From contig OZ253462.1 in the NCBI GenBank assembly GCA_965261395.1, positions 5,760,001 through 5,824,000 on the forward strand: DNA of 64,000 bases, written 5' to 3'. Below, piece by piece: positions 49,444-58,430 of this stretch (position 1 is its first letter; each line of letters starts with the position of its first letter). The translations under genes were made by a program, and so were the position numbers. Below the pieces are notes generated by a model that made no database searches, had not been told where the DNA came from, and saw only the letters and a program-made list of their open reading frames with translations. The stretch is from Candidatus Latescibacterota bacterium (GTDB lineage Bacteria; Latescibacterota; UBA2968; UBA8231).

Positions 49444-49492
49444 GCCGGTGGAGCGGCACTTCCAGCCCGAAGTAGAGGTAGAAATCCACATC

Positions 49493-49578
49493 GCTTAACA
49501 CCGTGTTTTCGCTGCTCCGCCTACGGCGGCTTGGCCTTGGCAATCCCTTCGGGGTTCGCAAACCCTGAAACGTTACAG
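49493..49578 (+). repeat. attC site
   Basis: GCTTAAC ... GTTACAG; shares the CTTGGCC..GGCAA core with the other copies. Confidence 0.85.
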
Positions 49579-49601
49579 GAACATGAAACCATAAAGCACA
49601 G

Positions 49602-50864
49602 ATGCTTATTAGGAACGGAAACGGTCATAAGGAAGGGCGGCAACGGGGTATTTATAGATATATAGTTTCAATAATATCTATTTTGTGCTTCACCAGCGGC
49701 GTTATGGCCGATGCTCCCAAGATTGGCTTTTGGGAAAAGCAGCGTAAGGGAGCTAATCAGCAAAACGAGCGACATCGTCCTGAGTGGTACAGGGCGGCAG
49801 GTGAACTGGGATTGGATTATGTGCGGATTTTACCCGATGCATGGCCCGCCGATAATAGAGACTTCCTAATCGGCAACGCAGATAATTTCGAAGCAATCAA
49901 TGAGACCGATCTAGCCCTGTTGATAGAAGCACTCAATGAAGCCGAGAGCAATGGTATCAAAGTTGTCCTTGCGATGGCCAGCTTGCCCGGTGGACGCTGG
50001 AAGCAGCTGAATGAGAACCAAGATGATGGCCGGCTCTGGCGTGACGAAAGCTACCATAAGCAAGCCTTCAATTTCTGGCGTCAGTTAGCAATGCGTTTGG
50101 AAAAGCATCCTGCAATCGTAGCTTACAACCCTCTCAATGAACCACATCCAGAGAAGGTATTCGGTTTTGCAGAACCGGACGAGAATTTCAGCCAATGGTT
50201 TCAGGGCATCCAGAATACGCCAGCTGACCTCAACCGATTTAACCAGCGGATGGTCGAATCCATCCGTTCAGTAGACGCAGATACGCCCATCATGCTCGAT
50301 GGCTGGTTCTATGCCGCTCCTCAAGCGTTCGACTTCAATCGCCCTGTAGATGATGACAAAGTGTTGTACGCTTTTCACAACCCCGGTCCGTGGCAGATGG
50401 TGACTTATCGAGCCAATAAGGACCGGTACGCCTATCCAGACCGAGTTCCGAAGTGGTGGAACGGTCCTGTAGAGTCGTGGACTATCGATCGTCTTGCGGA
50501 GGAGATCAACGCGGTGCAGCGGTTTTCTGAGCGATATGAGATACCTTCTCACCGAATCATAGCTTCAGAATTCTGGTACGACCGCCGGCTCGAAGGCGCT
50601 GCGGCCTACCTGAGCGACCTAATAGAAATCTATAACAGCCAAGGTTGGCATTGGTCGTTTTACGCCTTTCGCGGTGATGGATCATGGTCGGGGTTAGATT
50701 ATGAAATCGCATCGAGTCACAAGATGGGTTGGCATTATTGGCAAGCTGTCGAACAGGGCAAAGATCCCGAGCAATTCAAGCCACGAGGAATGAACCCCTT
50801 GTGGAAAATACTACAACGCCAGTTTCGCAAAAACAGTAAGAGTCATGACTTCATTCCCCCGTGA
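49602..50864 (+). CDS. Glycoside hydrolase family 5 (cellulase-like), probably secreted
   Basis: GLDYVRI, AYNPLNEP (acid/base), YAFH, IIASEF (nucleophile), WSFYAF; start codon uncertain. Confidence 0.82.
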   Translation: MLIRNGNGHKEGRQRGIYRYIVSIISILCFTSGVMADAPKIGFWEKQRKGANQQNERHRPEWYRAAGELGLDYVRILPDAWPADNRDFLIGNADNFEAINETDLALLIEALNEAESNGIKVVLAMASLPGGRWKQLNENQDDGRLWRDESYHKQAFNFWRQLAMRLEKHPAIVAYNPLNEPHPEKVFGFAEPDENFSQWFQGIQNTPADLNRFNQRMVESIRSVDADTPIMLDGWFYAAPQAFDFNRPVDDDKVLYAFHNPGPWQMVTYRANKDRYAYPDRVPKWWNGPVESWTIDRLAEEINAVQRFSERYEIPSHRIIASEFWYDRRLEGAAAYLSDLIEIYNSQGWHWSFYAFRGDGSWSGLDYEIASSHKMGWHYWQAVEQGKDPEQFKPRGMNPLWKILQRQFRKNSKSHDFIPP

Positions 50865-50883
50865 TCGAGAATCTACGTCACCG

Positions 50884-51682
50884 ATGGTGACGACTGAGGA
50901 AGCTTCAGACATTCTCTGGAAGCACTGGGGTGTCGCAGCCATTCAAGTAGAAACGCCCACTTCCAGGAACGTCCATTTTGTGCGCAGCGCGCAAGGAAAT
51001 TCTGTTCTTCGGACCAATCCGGGGAGGGATCTATCCGAAGAAGGCGGGCAAGGTTCTTGCGAGCATTCATAATGCTGCCGGATTATTTCAGGAACAGCCA
51101 GTGCGCGAGCAATCTGTCCGTCGCTGGGCGCAAGATCGACTTTCCAGCGCGCTCGGTCGGCTTGATACGGAAATCGCACAGCCAGTGCACGAATTGGCGC
51201 AACTGCTGGAAAGCAGCCATGCAACGGCTCTTGACGCAAGCGTCCCTTGGATCCTTTGCCATTGGGATGTTCGTGCAGCTAATGTGGTCGGGGCCGGCAC
51301 TGGCAGCATCGCGTTCACGGATTTCAGCAGCGGGGAGTTTTCTCCAGCTTTGGTGGATCTTGTCATGACGCGTCACCAGTGGTTAATGGGGGATCTTATG
51401 GGTAAAGCTAGACCGCTGAATGTTGCGGAAGCGAGGGAGATATTGCTTGGCTATCACGAGGGGAGAGCTCTATCTCAGTCGGAAATAAGAGCGTTTCCGG
51501 TGGTTTGGGCAGCCTACTATGCAGATAGACTCAGCTTCCTCTACCGAAAGTGGGGTTCTAAAGTCACAGATCCTCCATTCTCGACTTTTGATATCCACGG
51601 TGAGTTGACGCGCCTACCACACCGAGGAATCGAGATGGGAGACGAATTGCTGGAGAGTGCCGGGATCTCCCACAGCCTATAA
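50884..51682 (+). pseudogene. Phosphotransferase with internal frameshift or deletion
   Basis: N-terminal part in one frame (to about 51040); AGKVLASIH, CHWDVRAANV and FTDF in another. Confidence 0.65.
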
Positions 51683-51770
51683 CACCGTGTTTGCACTGTG
51701 GCGCTTCGCGCCTTGGCCTCCGGCAACCCCTCGACAAGCTTGGGGTTCGGGCACGGCGAGAACGTTATCC
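51677..51770 (+). repeat. attC site
   Basis: CTATAAC ... GTTATCC; overlaps the upstream stop codon; same repeat family. Confidence 0.85.
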
Positions 51771-51822
51771 GCAATGGAAAAAACCAACTCATAAAAGCCT
51801 CTGAGGGAATGCCTTGATCGAC

Positions 51823-52686
51823 ATGAATGGCCCTGCATACGATAGTGGGGCCCCCAACGAAGTGCTGAATGCCGCCAGCAAACACCATCTGTGGACGGGC
51901 AAGGGAGGTCTGTCGGTCAAGTCATTCTCAAATGGCACGGCAAAGTATGAGATCGACAACCACGCGATCGAAGTCGATGAGCATTCATATCTGATTCTGA
52001 ATTACGGACAGGAATACACGGTATCTATCGACTCTCCTTCGATTGTTGGGTCATTTTGTGTCTTCTTCAGGGATGGATTTGCTGAGGAGGTCTACGCATC
52101 CATCAATTCTAGAGCTATCAAGCTTCTTGATGATCCAGCACGTCAGTCGCGCCGGTTGGAATTCTTCCAGACCACTCGCCCGCAGGATCGCGTTCTGACT
52201 CCGACTCTGAGCCGGTTCAGATCAGAGTACTCACTGCGAAGTGAAGAGCTTGGATGGGTCGAGGAGCAGATGCACGCGGTGATGGTTGGACTTCTGAGTG
52301 CACATCATCAGGTTTTGAAGGAAGTAGAGACAGTTGAGGCCGTTCGTGCGGCGACGCGAAAGGAGCTTTACCGTCGCATCCACATGGCTCGCGACTATAT
52401 CTGTTCCTCCCTCTCGGAGCCGATCTCCCTCGATGCGATGGCTAAGGTGGCGTGTCTCTCCTCGAATCACTTCCTGCGGACATTTCGCCAGATAGTCGGT
52501 CAGAGCCCACACCAGTATCTTGTTATGAAGCGACTGGAGCGAGCCGCCAGGCTATTGGAGACTACAGATCGGACTGTGACAGAGATTGCCCTAGAAATCG
52601 GATTCGCAAGCCTTGGTTCATTCAGTTGGCTTTTTCGGCGGCACTATGGTCTCTCGCCGAGACAATTCCGCAGAACAAAAAGGTGA
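51823..52686 (+). CDS. AraC family transcriptional regulator
   Basis: ACLSSNHFLRTF, SPHQY, VTEIALEIGFASLGSFSWLFRRHYGLSP. Confidence 0.92.
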   Translation: MNGPAYDSGAPNEVLNAASKHHLWTGKGGLSVKSFSNGTAKYEIDNHAIEVDEHSYLILNYGQEYTVSIDSPSIVGSFCVFFRDGFAEEVYASINSRAIKLLDDPARQSRRLEFFQTTRPQDRVLTPTLSRFRSEYSLRSEELGWVEEQMHAVMVGLLSAHHQVLKEVETVEAVRAATRKELYRRIHMARDYICSSLSEPISLDAMAKVACLSSNHFLRTFRQIVGQSPHQYLVMKRLERAARLLETTDRTVTEIALEIGFASLGSFSWLFRRHYGLSPRQFRRTKR

Positions 52687-52770
52687 TTTCAGAGAAGTCT
52701 GCGGCCGAGGAATTCTGTAGTTTAGGTTCGGTAGGAGCAGCTATTGAACCCACACCACAGGAGGTCCAGA

Positions 52771-53163
52771 ATGACGCAGCATAGTGGATTCGGTCTATCG
52801 ACCATAGGGCAAATATCTGTCACCGTGAAGGAACTCGACAGGGCAGTTATCTTCTACCGAGATCAACTGGGAATGCAGTTCCTGTTTCGGGTGCCGAACA
52901 TGGCGTTCTTTGATTGCTCAGGCGTACGCCTCATGTTGAGTATCCCGGAGGGGCAGTCTGACGATATCCATTCCTCTGTTCTGTATTACAGAGTTGACGA
53001 CATCCATGACGCCTACCGGGTTTTGAAGGGTAGGAACGTGCCGTTCGATGGAGGGCCTCACAAGATTGCTGATCTTCAAGACCACGAGTTGTGGATGGCG
53101 TTCTTTCGAGATAGCGAGATGAACATCCTTGCACTCATGGCTGAGAGGCCCCACGACGAATAG
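52771..53163 (+). CDS. VOC/glyoxalase family protein
   Basis: IGQISVTVKELDRAVIFYRDQLG, MAFFRDSEMN; RBS AGGAGG. Confidence 0.9.
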   Translation: MTQHSGFGLSTIGQISVTVKELDRAVIFYRDQLGMQFLFRVPNMAFFDCSGVRLMLSIPEGQSDDIHSSVLYYRVDDIHDAYRVLKGRNVPFDGGPHKIADLQDHELWMAFFRDSEMNILALMAERPHDE

Positions 53164-53181
53164 CCTCAGATGAGGTGCTGA

Positions 53182-54000
53182 TTGGATCGAATAGCGACCT
53201 ATTACAACAGAAAGAACGAGAGCCAACGTCTCTTCAGTGGCCGGGGCGAGCTAGAATTCCTCCGCACTAAACAGATCATAGAGCAGTTTCTCCCCGATGA
53301 AACTGGTTTGTCGATAGTAGACGTTGGTGGAGGATCTGGACCGTACGCGTTCTGGCTTGCCGAGAAGGGGCACAAGGTCGCCTTGTTTGATTTGATGCCT
53401 AACCACGTTGAAGAGGCCGTGTCGATCAACAAGAAAGCACCAAATCCGCTCTCTCGGATCGAAACTGTCGATGTACGATCTCTCGAACTTGAGTCTCAGC
53501 AGTATGATGTAGTCCTACTTTTGGGACCCATGTACCATCTCACCGATGCAAACGAGCGCAGCCTAGTGCTACGGAAGGTCGCCGATTGGCTTGCCCCCAA
53601 CGGTGTCGGGTATGTGGCATATATCTCGAGGTTTGGGTCGATGTTCGATGGTTTCATAAGTGGCTTATTTGAGGATCCGGAATATCTGGATATTGTGCGG
53701 CAAGATTTAGCAACAGGTGTCCACCGTCCCAACAAGGACAATACCAGATACTTTACTGATGCCTATCTCCACCACCCGGATGAGATCGAACGGGAAGCTG
53801 AGGAGGCACATTTACAGATCGTGGATCACATCGCCGTCGAGGGTGTGGCGTGGTTATGGCAGAATTTTGATCAGATTTGGTCGGATCCGCGACAACGGTC
53901 TATCATGCTCGAGATGATAGACCGAACCGATCGAGATCGCTCTCTCTTGGGTGCGAGTGGCCACATTCTTCTTGTCGTGAAGAGGCGAGACATCGAATAA
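53182..54000 (+). CDS. Class I SAM-dependent methyltransferase
   Basis: VDVGGGSG, YDVVLLLGPMYHL. Confidence 0.88.
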   Translation: MDRIATYYNRKNESQRLFSGRGELEFLRTKQIIEQFLPDETGLSIVDVGGGSGPYAFWLAEKGHKVALFDLMPNHVEEAVSINKKAPNPLSRIETVDVRSLELESQQYDVVLLLGPMYHLTDANERSLVLRKVADWLAPNGVGYVAYISRFGSMFDGFISGLFEDPEYLDIVRQDLATGVHRPNKDNTRYFTDAYLHHPDEIEREAEEAHLQIVDHIAVEGVAWLWQNFDQIWSDPRQRSIMLEMIDRTDRDRSLLGASGHILLVVKRRDIE

Positions 54001-54083
54001 CAGCACGGCTTGTGCTGCGACGCATTCGCGCCTTGGCCTTCGGCAACCTGCTACGCTGGTTTGCAAACCGTGAGACGTTATGA
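53995..54083 (+). repeat. attC site
   Basis: GAATAAC ... GTTATGA; near-identical to the 47407 copy; overlaps the upstream stop codon. Confidence 0.87.
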
Positions 54084-54161
54084 GGCATGGGAGCTTTAGG
54101 GACGATTGGTGGTGCCAGAGGGCACTAAGACCGTGGTAACTACACAGAGGATCAACCATCG

Positions 54162-54542
54162 ATGGAGACTGAACTTACTGCCGAAGATCGGGAACTCTTA
54201 CAGCGCTTAGAAGAAGAGTTGTGGCGAGAGGAAACGCGTTTCGACGTATCGAGAATGGAGGAAATCATCGCCGAGGACTTCTTCGAGTTTGGCAGGTCTG
54301 GGCGTATCTACCAGCGCGCCGACACGCTTGCGGTACCTTCAACACCCATAGAAGCGGTGATTCCACTTCCAGCCTTTGATGCGCGTCTTCTTTCTGAAGG
54401 TGTCGCCCAGGTAACGTACAATAGTGTCGTCACCTACGGCGAAAATATCGAGGAGGCACGAAGGAGCTCAATCTGGACGCGGTCGTCTGGTGGTTGGAAG
54501 CTGAGATTCCATCAAGGGACCCCATTTTCGAGTGACGATTGA
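54162..54542 (+). CDS. DUF4440/NTF2-like protein
   Basis: DFFEFGRSG, RSSIW....WKLRFHQGT. Confidence 0.85.
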   Translation: METELTAEDRELLQRLEEELWREETRFDVSRMEEIIAEDFFEFGRSGRIYQRADTLAVPSTPIEAVIPLPAFDARLLSEGVAQVTYNSVVTYGENIEEARRSSIWTRSSGGWKLRFHQGTPFSSDD

Positions 54543-54592
54543 GCGGGCTTCTCAATTTGTTCTCAATCTTCGGTAAAAGTGCAGAAGTATAG

Positions 54593-56140
54593 ATGAGTGA
54601 ATCACTGAAACAGTCTCTGGGGGCCTTATGCAGTGGGCTGGCTGCCCTTTGGAAGGAGAGTTCGTTCTCAACAGGCTACAGAAGTCCGTTCGAGACTCCT
54701 TATGAAGTAATTACGAGGGCCGATGACAACGCGGCCCTGATGCCAGTCAGTGGTCGCGCCATTCGAGGTTCCACCGGAGTTGAGGTGTCGAGGAGGGAGA
54801 AGAGGCCGTCAAAGGAAAAGGCCACCGAGGATCTGATCACCGACTCTTATGGGCAAGAACAGTCGTTTCACCCGGAAGGGTTAAATCAACGCCTTAGAGA
54901 AACCCGAGACGCAGTTGCAGCCTTTGGTAGAGCAGTCGATGCCGACGTGCCCCTCGGCTACCGACTGCGCCAATCTTTGGGTTATAAGACATGGTCGGCG
55001 AGTCAGTTCGCCGATCTAGATCGAGCAGGGTGGAACTTGGAGCTTGGATGCCTCTTTGCGCTGAGAAAGAGGCTGGCTCGGAGTCTAGTTGCACATGGGT
55101 TCGATCCTGCCAGCCGAGACCAGTTCGAAGGGTGGTTGGCAGTGGAAGAGGAGATCATTCAACATCTTCAAGACCTTCGAACTCTGGACCGCTATGAGTA
55201 CGAAGTACAGATCTTTCTAAATGGACCGCCCGCTGATTTCGAGGGCGAAGCCTCGCTCGTTGATCTTGTGCAAGGTGAAGAAACCATTTCGGTGAGAGTC
55301 TGCTATGCGTCAGATCAGCTTGTGAGCCATCTCGTCGAGTACGAGCACCAGAAAGTTCCTGGTTACGAAAAGATCAATACTGTCTTGCGCTACAGGATTT
55401 CGCTCCCGGTCGAGGTCGGGGAAGAACCGTATCTTCAGGCCTATCCTAAAGCATCGGAGGTAGGAGCTCTCCTCTTGGACGGCCTGAGGCTCCTGCGCCC
55501 AGGCGATGACATTGGAATACTGGCACTGGAAATCGTGGCGGTAGATGACTATGCTCCGACGATTCGTAAAACGTGGGCCGATAGGTTCCAGACCGAACTC
55601 GCTAGGTTCTATCCAAGGAGATTCGACTTCAGGCCACCACAGTGCTCGGTCCTTCAAGAGAAAGAAGTGACAAACCTAGGGACACTCGTGTCGCTTCTAG
55701 TAGGAAAAAGTGGTCGTTCCCGGTCCATCCTCCAAGCACGCAGGAGGCTAGCAAATAGCATCGACCGGTATGCACCTGATGATCCGGAGAAGCTCATCGA
55801 GTACGCGATAGCGCTGGAGTCTCTTTTTCTTGACGATTCTGATAGTAGAACCGAGCTTTCTTACAGACTTGCTCTTCGCGCTGCACGGCTCTTGGAGGAG
55901 GATCTCGAATCGCGCCGCTCTTGTTTCCATACCATACGAGATCTCTACAAGTTTAGGTCCCGCATAGCACATGGTGGTAGTCTGGAAGAGCTGAAGCCCG
56001 TCGAACAGAAACGGCTCGAGAGCGTTCTACTCAGATGCCCCAGTATTGTGTCGAGGTCGATTCGTGCCCTATTGGAACGTGGCCCGAGTGCTGTTGGCAA
56101 GAAGCCTGTCGATTATTGGCAGGAGCTCGAACTGGGGTGA
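54593..56140 (+). CDS. HEPN (Apea-like) domain protein
   Basis: C-terminal IALESLF..ELSYRLALRAA..LYKFRSRIAHG (RxxxxH). Confidence 0.7.
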   Translation: MSESLKQSLGALCSGLAALWKESSFSTGYRSPFETPYEVITRADDNAALMPVSGRAIRGSTGVEVSRREKRPSKEKATEDLITDSYGQEQSFHPEGLNQRLRETRDAVAAFGRAVDADVPLGYRLRQSLGYKTWSASQFADLDRAGWNLELGCLFALRKRLARSLVAHGFDPASRDQFEGWLAVEEEIIQHLQDLRTLDRYEYEVQIFLNGPPADFEGEASLVDLVQGEETISVRVCYASDQLVSHLVEYEHQKVPGYEKINTVLRYRISLPVEVGEEPYLQAYPKASEVGALLLDGLRLLRPGDDIGILALEIVAVDDYAPTIRKTWADRFQTELARFYPRRFDFRPPQCSVLQEKEVTNLGTLVSLLVGKSGRSRSILQARRRLANSIDRYAPDDPEKLIEYAIALESLFLDDSDSRTELSYRLALRAARLLEEDLESRRSCFHTIRDLYKFRSRIAHGGSLEELKPVEQKRLESVLLRCPSIVSRSIRALLERGPSAVGKKPVDYWQELELG

Positions 56141-56194
56141 GCGAGCCCTCCACCGATCGGAATGGGCACGGACGACCACTCGACGGCAATCAGC

Positions 56195-56352
56195 TCAGAT
56201 CGTCGTCGCCAAAACCCCCCGTCAACGCGGATGTCCGTGCCGGTGAGAAGCTGCTCGTTGCGATTGCGACTATGCACCAAGAAACCTACCTTCGTTTCGC
56301 ATAAATAGCATCTAGCGGACGTTACTCGAACTACTTGTTCGAGTACAAACAG
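56195..56352 (+). repeat. Unit C: SDR 3'-end copy, promoter and attI-like site
   Basis: Same unit as A and B; TTGCGA(56264)-N17-TACCTT(56287); TACTCGAAC-N5-GTTCGAGTA. Confidence 0.9.
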
Positions 56353-56467
56353 ATATGTGAAACAGAAAAAGAAACGGAATATAGACGGCATATCTGCCTG
56401 TATACTAGAGGTTGGCTACATATTCGTTGTTCAATCACGAGTTATGCAATGAGACGGAGGTCTAAAC

Positions 56468-57388
56468 TTGAACGCTACCCGGTGGGAATTTGGTTTCTTG
56501 CCAGAATCTACTTCCGCCAACTTTGACGGATGGCGGATAGAACCCCTTGATGATTTCGAAGGGACTCTAGAAAAGTGGAACCAGTTGTCTGATCCCCAAG
56601 GCTGGGTTCTTCCTCCGATCATCGAGCGGGTCAAGGTCAAACGAATTTCCGAGGGAGAAGAGGTCGAGGACGTTGTACCCAATACACGTCGTTCGGTAAA
56701 ATTCTGGCGTATTCCTCCGAGCCACTCTCTCATATATGAGGGTAGGGAGCCACCCGCTCAGGAACCCACCAAACCTGGAGCACCCTACTTCATCGTCCAG
56801 TGCTTGGGAGCGATCAAAGGCTGTGAGCTTCAGCTCTCTAATTGGTGGGTGAGTGGGAAAAAACGTCTGAAGCCACTAGGCTTCCTTCATCCCGTTGACG
56901 GTGCTCTGAACCACTGCCTATCCATGGCCTATGCTTGGTACGATGGACAGGACGATCATAGTAGAAAAGTGATCAGCAGTAGCCTCTTCATACATTCGCA
57001 CAGCGAGTCCTACGAATTCACATGGGAACGCTTCCTGTGGCAACACGCAGCCTTCGAGGGGTGTTGCCACTTGGCGAAGAAAGTGCATGGGATGAAAGCC
57101 GGAGGTCGAAGGAACCGTTTTCAGGTCTTTGCGGATCACTTCGGCCTCCAATCCGACCCAGACCAATTCAGGATATTTAGCCAGATCAGGAATGAGCTCG
57201 TTCACGAAGTAATGTGGGGAAATCAAGTGCCAGGATTTGGTGGCGAGGGTCAACCTTGGAACCAGACCATCTACTTGAGCCACTTCACAACTCTTGCTCT
57301 TTTAGCCGTGATGGATGTAAAGACACCAAGTCTCCATGTGAATTGGAATACAAGAAGTCGCATGGTCCTTGAAACTCCGACCAGATAG
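56468..57388 (+). CDS. Hypothetical protein with HEPN-like RxxxxH motif
   Basis: ERFLWQHAAFE ... IRNELVHE. Confidence 0.6.
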   Translation: MNATRWEFGFLPESTSANFDGWRIEPLDDFEGTLEKWNQLSDPQGWVLPPIIERVKVKRISEGEEVEDVVPNTRRSVKFWRIPPSHSLIYEGREPPAQEPTKPGAPYFIVQCLGAIKGCELQLSNWWVSGKKRLKPLGFLHPVDGALNHCLSMAYAWYDGQDDHSRKVISSSLFIHSHSESYEFTWERFLWQHAAFEGCCHLAKKVHGMKAGGRRNRFQVFADHFGLQSDPDQFRIFSQIRNELVHEVMWGNQVPGFGGEGQPWNQTIYLSHFTTLALLAVMDVKTPSLHVNWNTRSRMVLETPTR

Positions 57389-57403
57389 GAAACGATGTCT
57401 GTC

Positions 57404-57531
57404 AACCAAGCGGCCTTCTTGCAGCAGCCGAGCCCCAACAAGGCGTCGCTCTTCTAATTGGGCACGGGTCAAATGAGTAGGAGCCCAAATCATAAGCGCA
57501 AAACGTAAACCAATTTTAGTGAAAGTCAATA
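57404..57531 (-). mobile_element. IS630-family left-end remnant
   Basis: Begins TA-TTGACT on the minus strand; ATG 57493 encodes MIWAPTHLTRAQLEERRLVGARLLQEGRL, resembling an IS630 transposase N-terminus, then breaks off. Confidence 0.6.
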
Positions 57532-57557
57532 AGAGCCACCTTGCGCGAGGGGTCGTG

Positions 57558-58055
57558 CTAAGTGAAGTTAGAGTTGGCTGTCTCCTGCTCCATGATTTTC
57601 TCTCTCTTTTTTATAATATCTTTTTCTATTTCTGTAAGCGCCAAATGGATTAGATCCCTCATTCTTATTATCCATTCTTTTTTCCACGCAACCTCGGACA
57701 CAGACAAAATAGAATATGCTTCACACATATCAAAAGAGGCACGCATTTTTTCTGGGCAGGAATGGGCATAAAATTTATGCCTAAAATCGCGCACAACTAT
57801 CTTATGCATCTCCTTTTTTCTCTTTATATAGTTTTCACTAAGTCCCTCAAGGGCACGATAATAAGAAACAACTGAGGCAGTTATCAATGACTCAAAAATG
57901 ATCCGATCCTCTTCCGTCCCACAGTAAAGTACATTGTGATCCATTCCTCTTTTTAGTATGACACTTATATAAGAGTGCGCTTTCCTCAGATTCATGATTG
58001 CCATTTCAAGACTAAATATACTTTCTGCAATCTTGGATTTATTTGCTTCGCCCAT
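57558..58055 (-). CDS. AT-rich hypothetical protein, HEPN(AbiU2)-like
   Basis: SVVSYYR ... RHKFYAH; visibly much lower GC than its flanks. Confidence 0.6.
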   Translation of the reverse strand: MGEANKSKIAESIFSLEMAIMNLRKAHSYISVILKRGMDHNVLYCGTEEDRIIFESLITASVVSYYRALEGLSENYIKRKKEMHKIVVRDFRHKFYAHSCPEKMRASFDMCEAYSILSVSEVAWKKEWIIRMRDLIHLALTEIEKDIIKKREKIMEQETANSNFT

Positions 58056-58173
58056 CTAATTGTCCTTGCTATTATAAGCGCGGGAGACCAGTCGCCCAGC
58101 CTCCCGCCACAGATTAAGCAATCCGATTGGAGTGCGCGGATGTCCGAGACCATATTCCTAGCCGCCTGACGAC

Positions 58174-58404
58174 TTAGTGCAGAGCAGCGTCTAGCGTTGC
58201 TTCAACCGGCGGTGGGAATTCGACTTTGTAAAAGCGGTCGGCATCAAATGCGTAATCTTCGCCACTTTCATCCACCATGCGAATGTACCCGTGAGCAGCC
58301 GCCTCCTGATCGGGAAGTACGCGATACACTTTTCCGACTTCGAGCGAAGCCTCATAGCCTTCATTGTTGAGACAAATCGCAAATTGCGACGTTTTTTTCT
58401 TCAC
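58174..58404 (-). CDS. Small conserved hypothetical protein
   Basis: FAICLNNEGYEASLEVGKVY..IRMVDESGEDY. Confidence 0.65.
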   Translation of the reverse strand: MKKKTSQFAICLNNEGYEASLEVGKVYRVLPDQEAAAHGYIRMVDESGEDYAFDADRFYKVEFPPPVEATLDAALH

Positions 58405-58430
58405 TGTAAAGCGTGGCGTCTCGTCGCTCT

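Noticed and set aside
44668-54083. Repeats as a CRISPR array
   Set aside because: The repeats are 83-94 bp, are separated by kilobase-scale genes and have attC-type ends; no cas genes are present.
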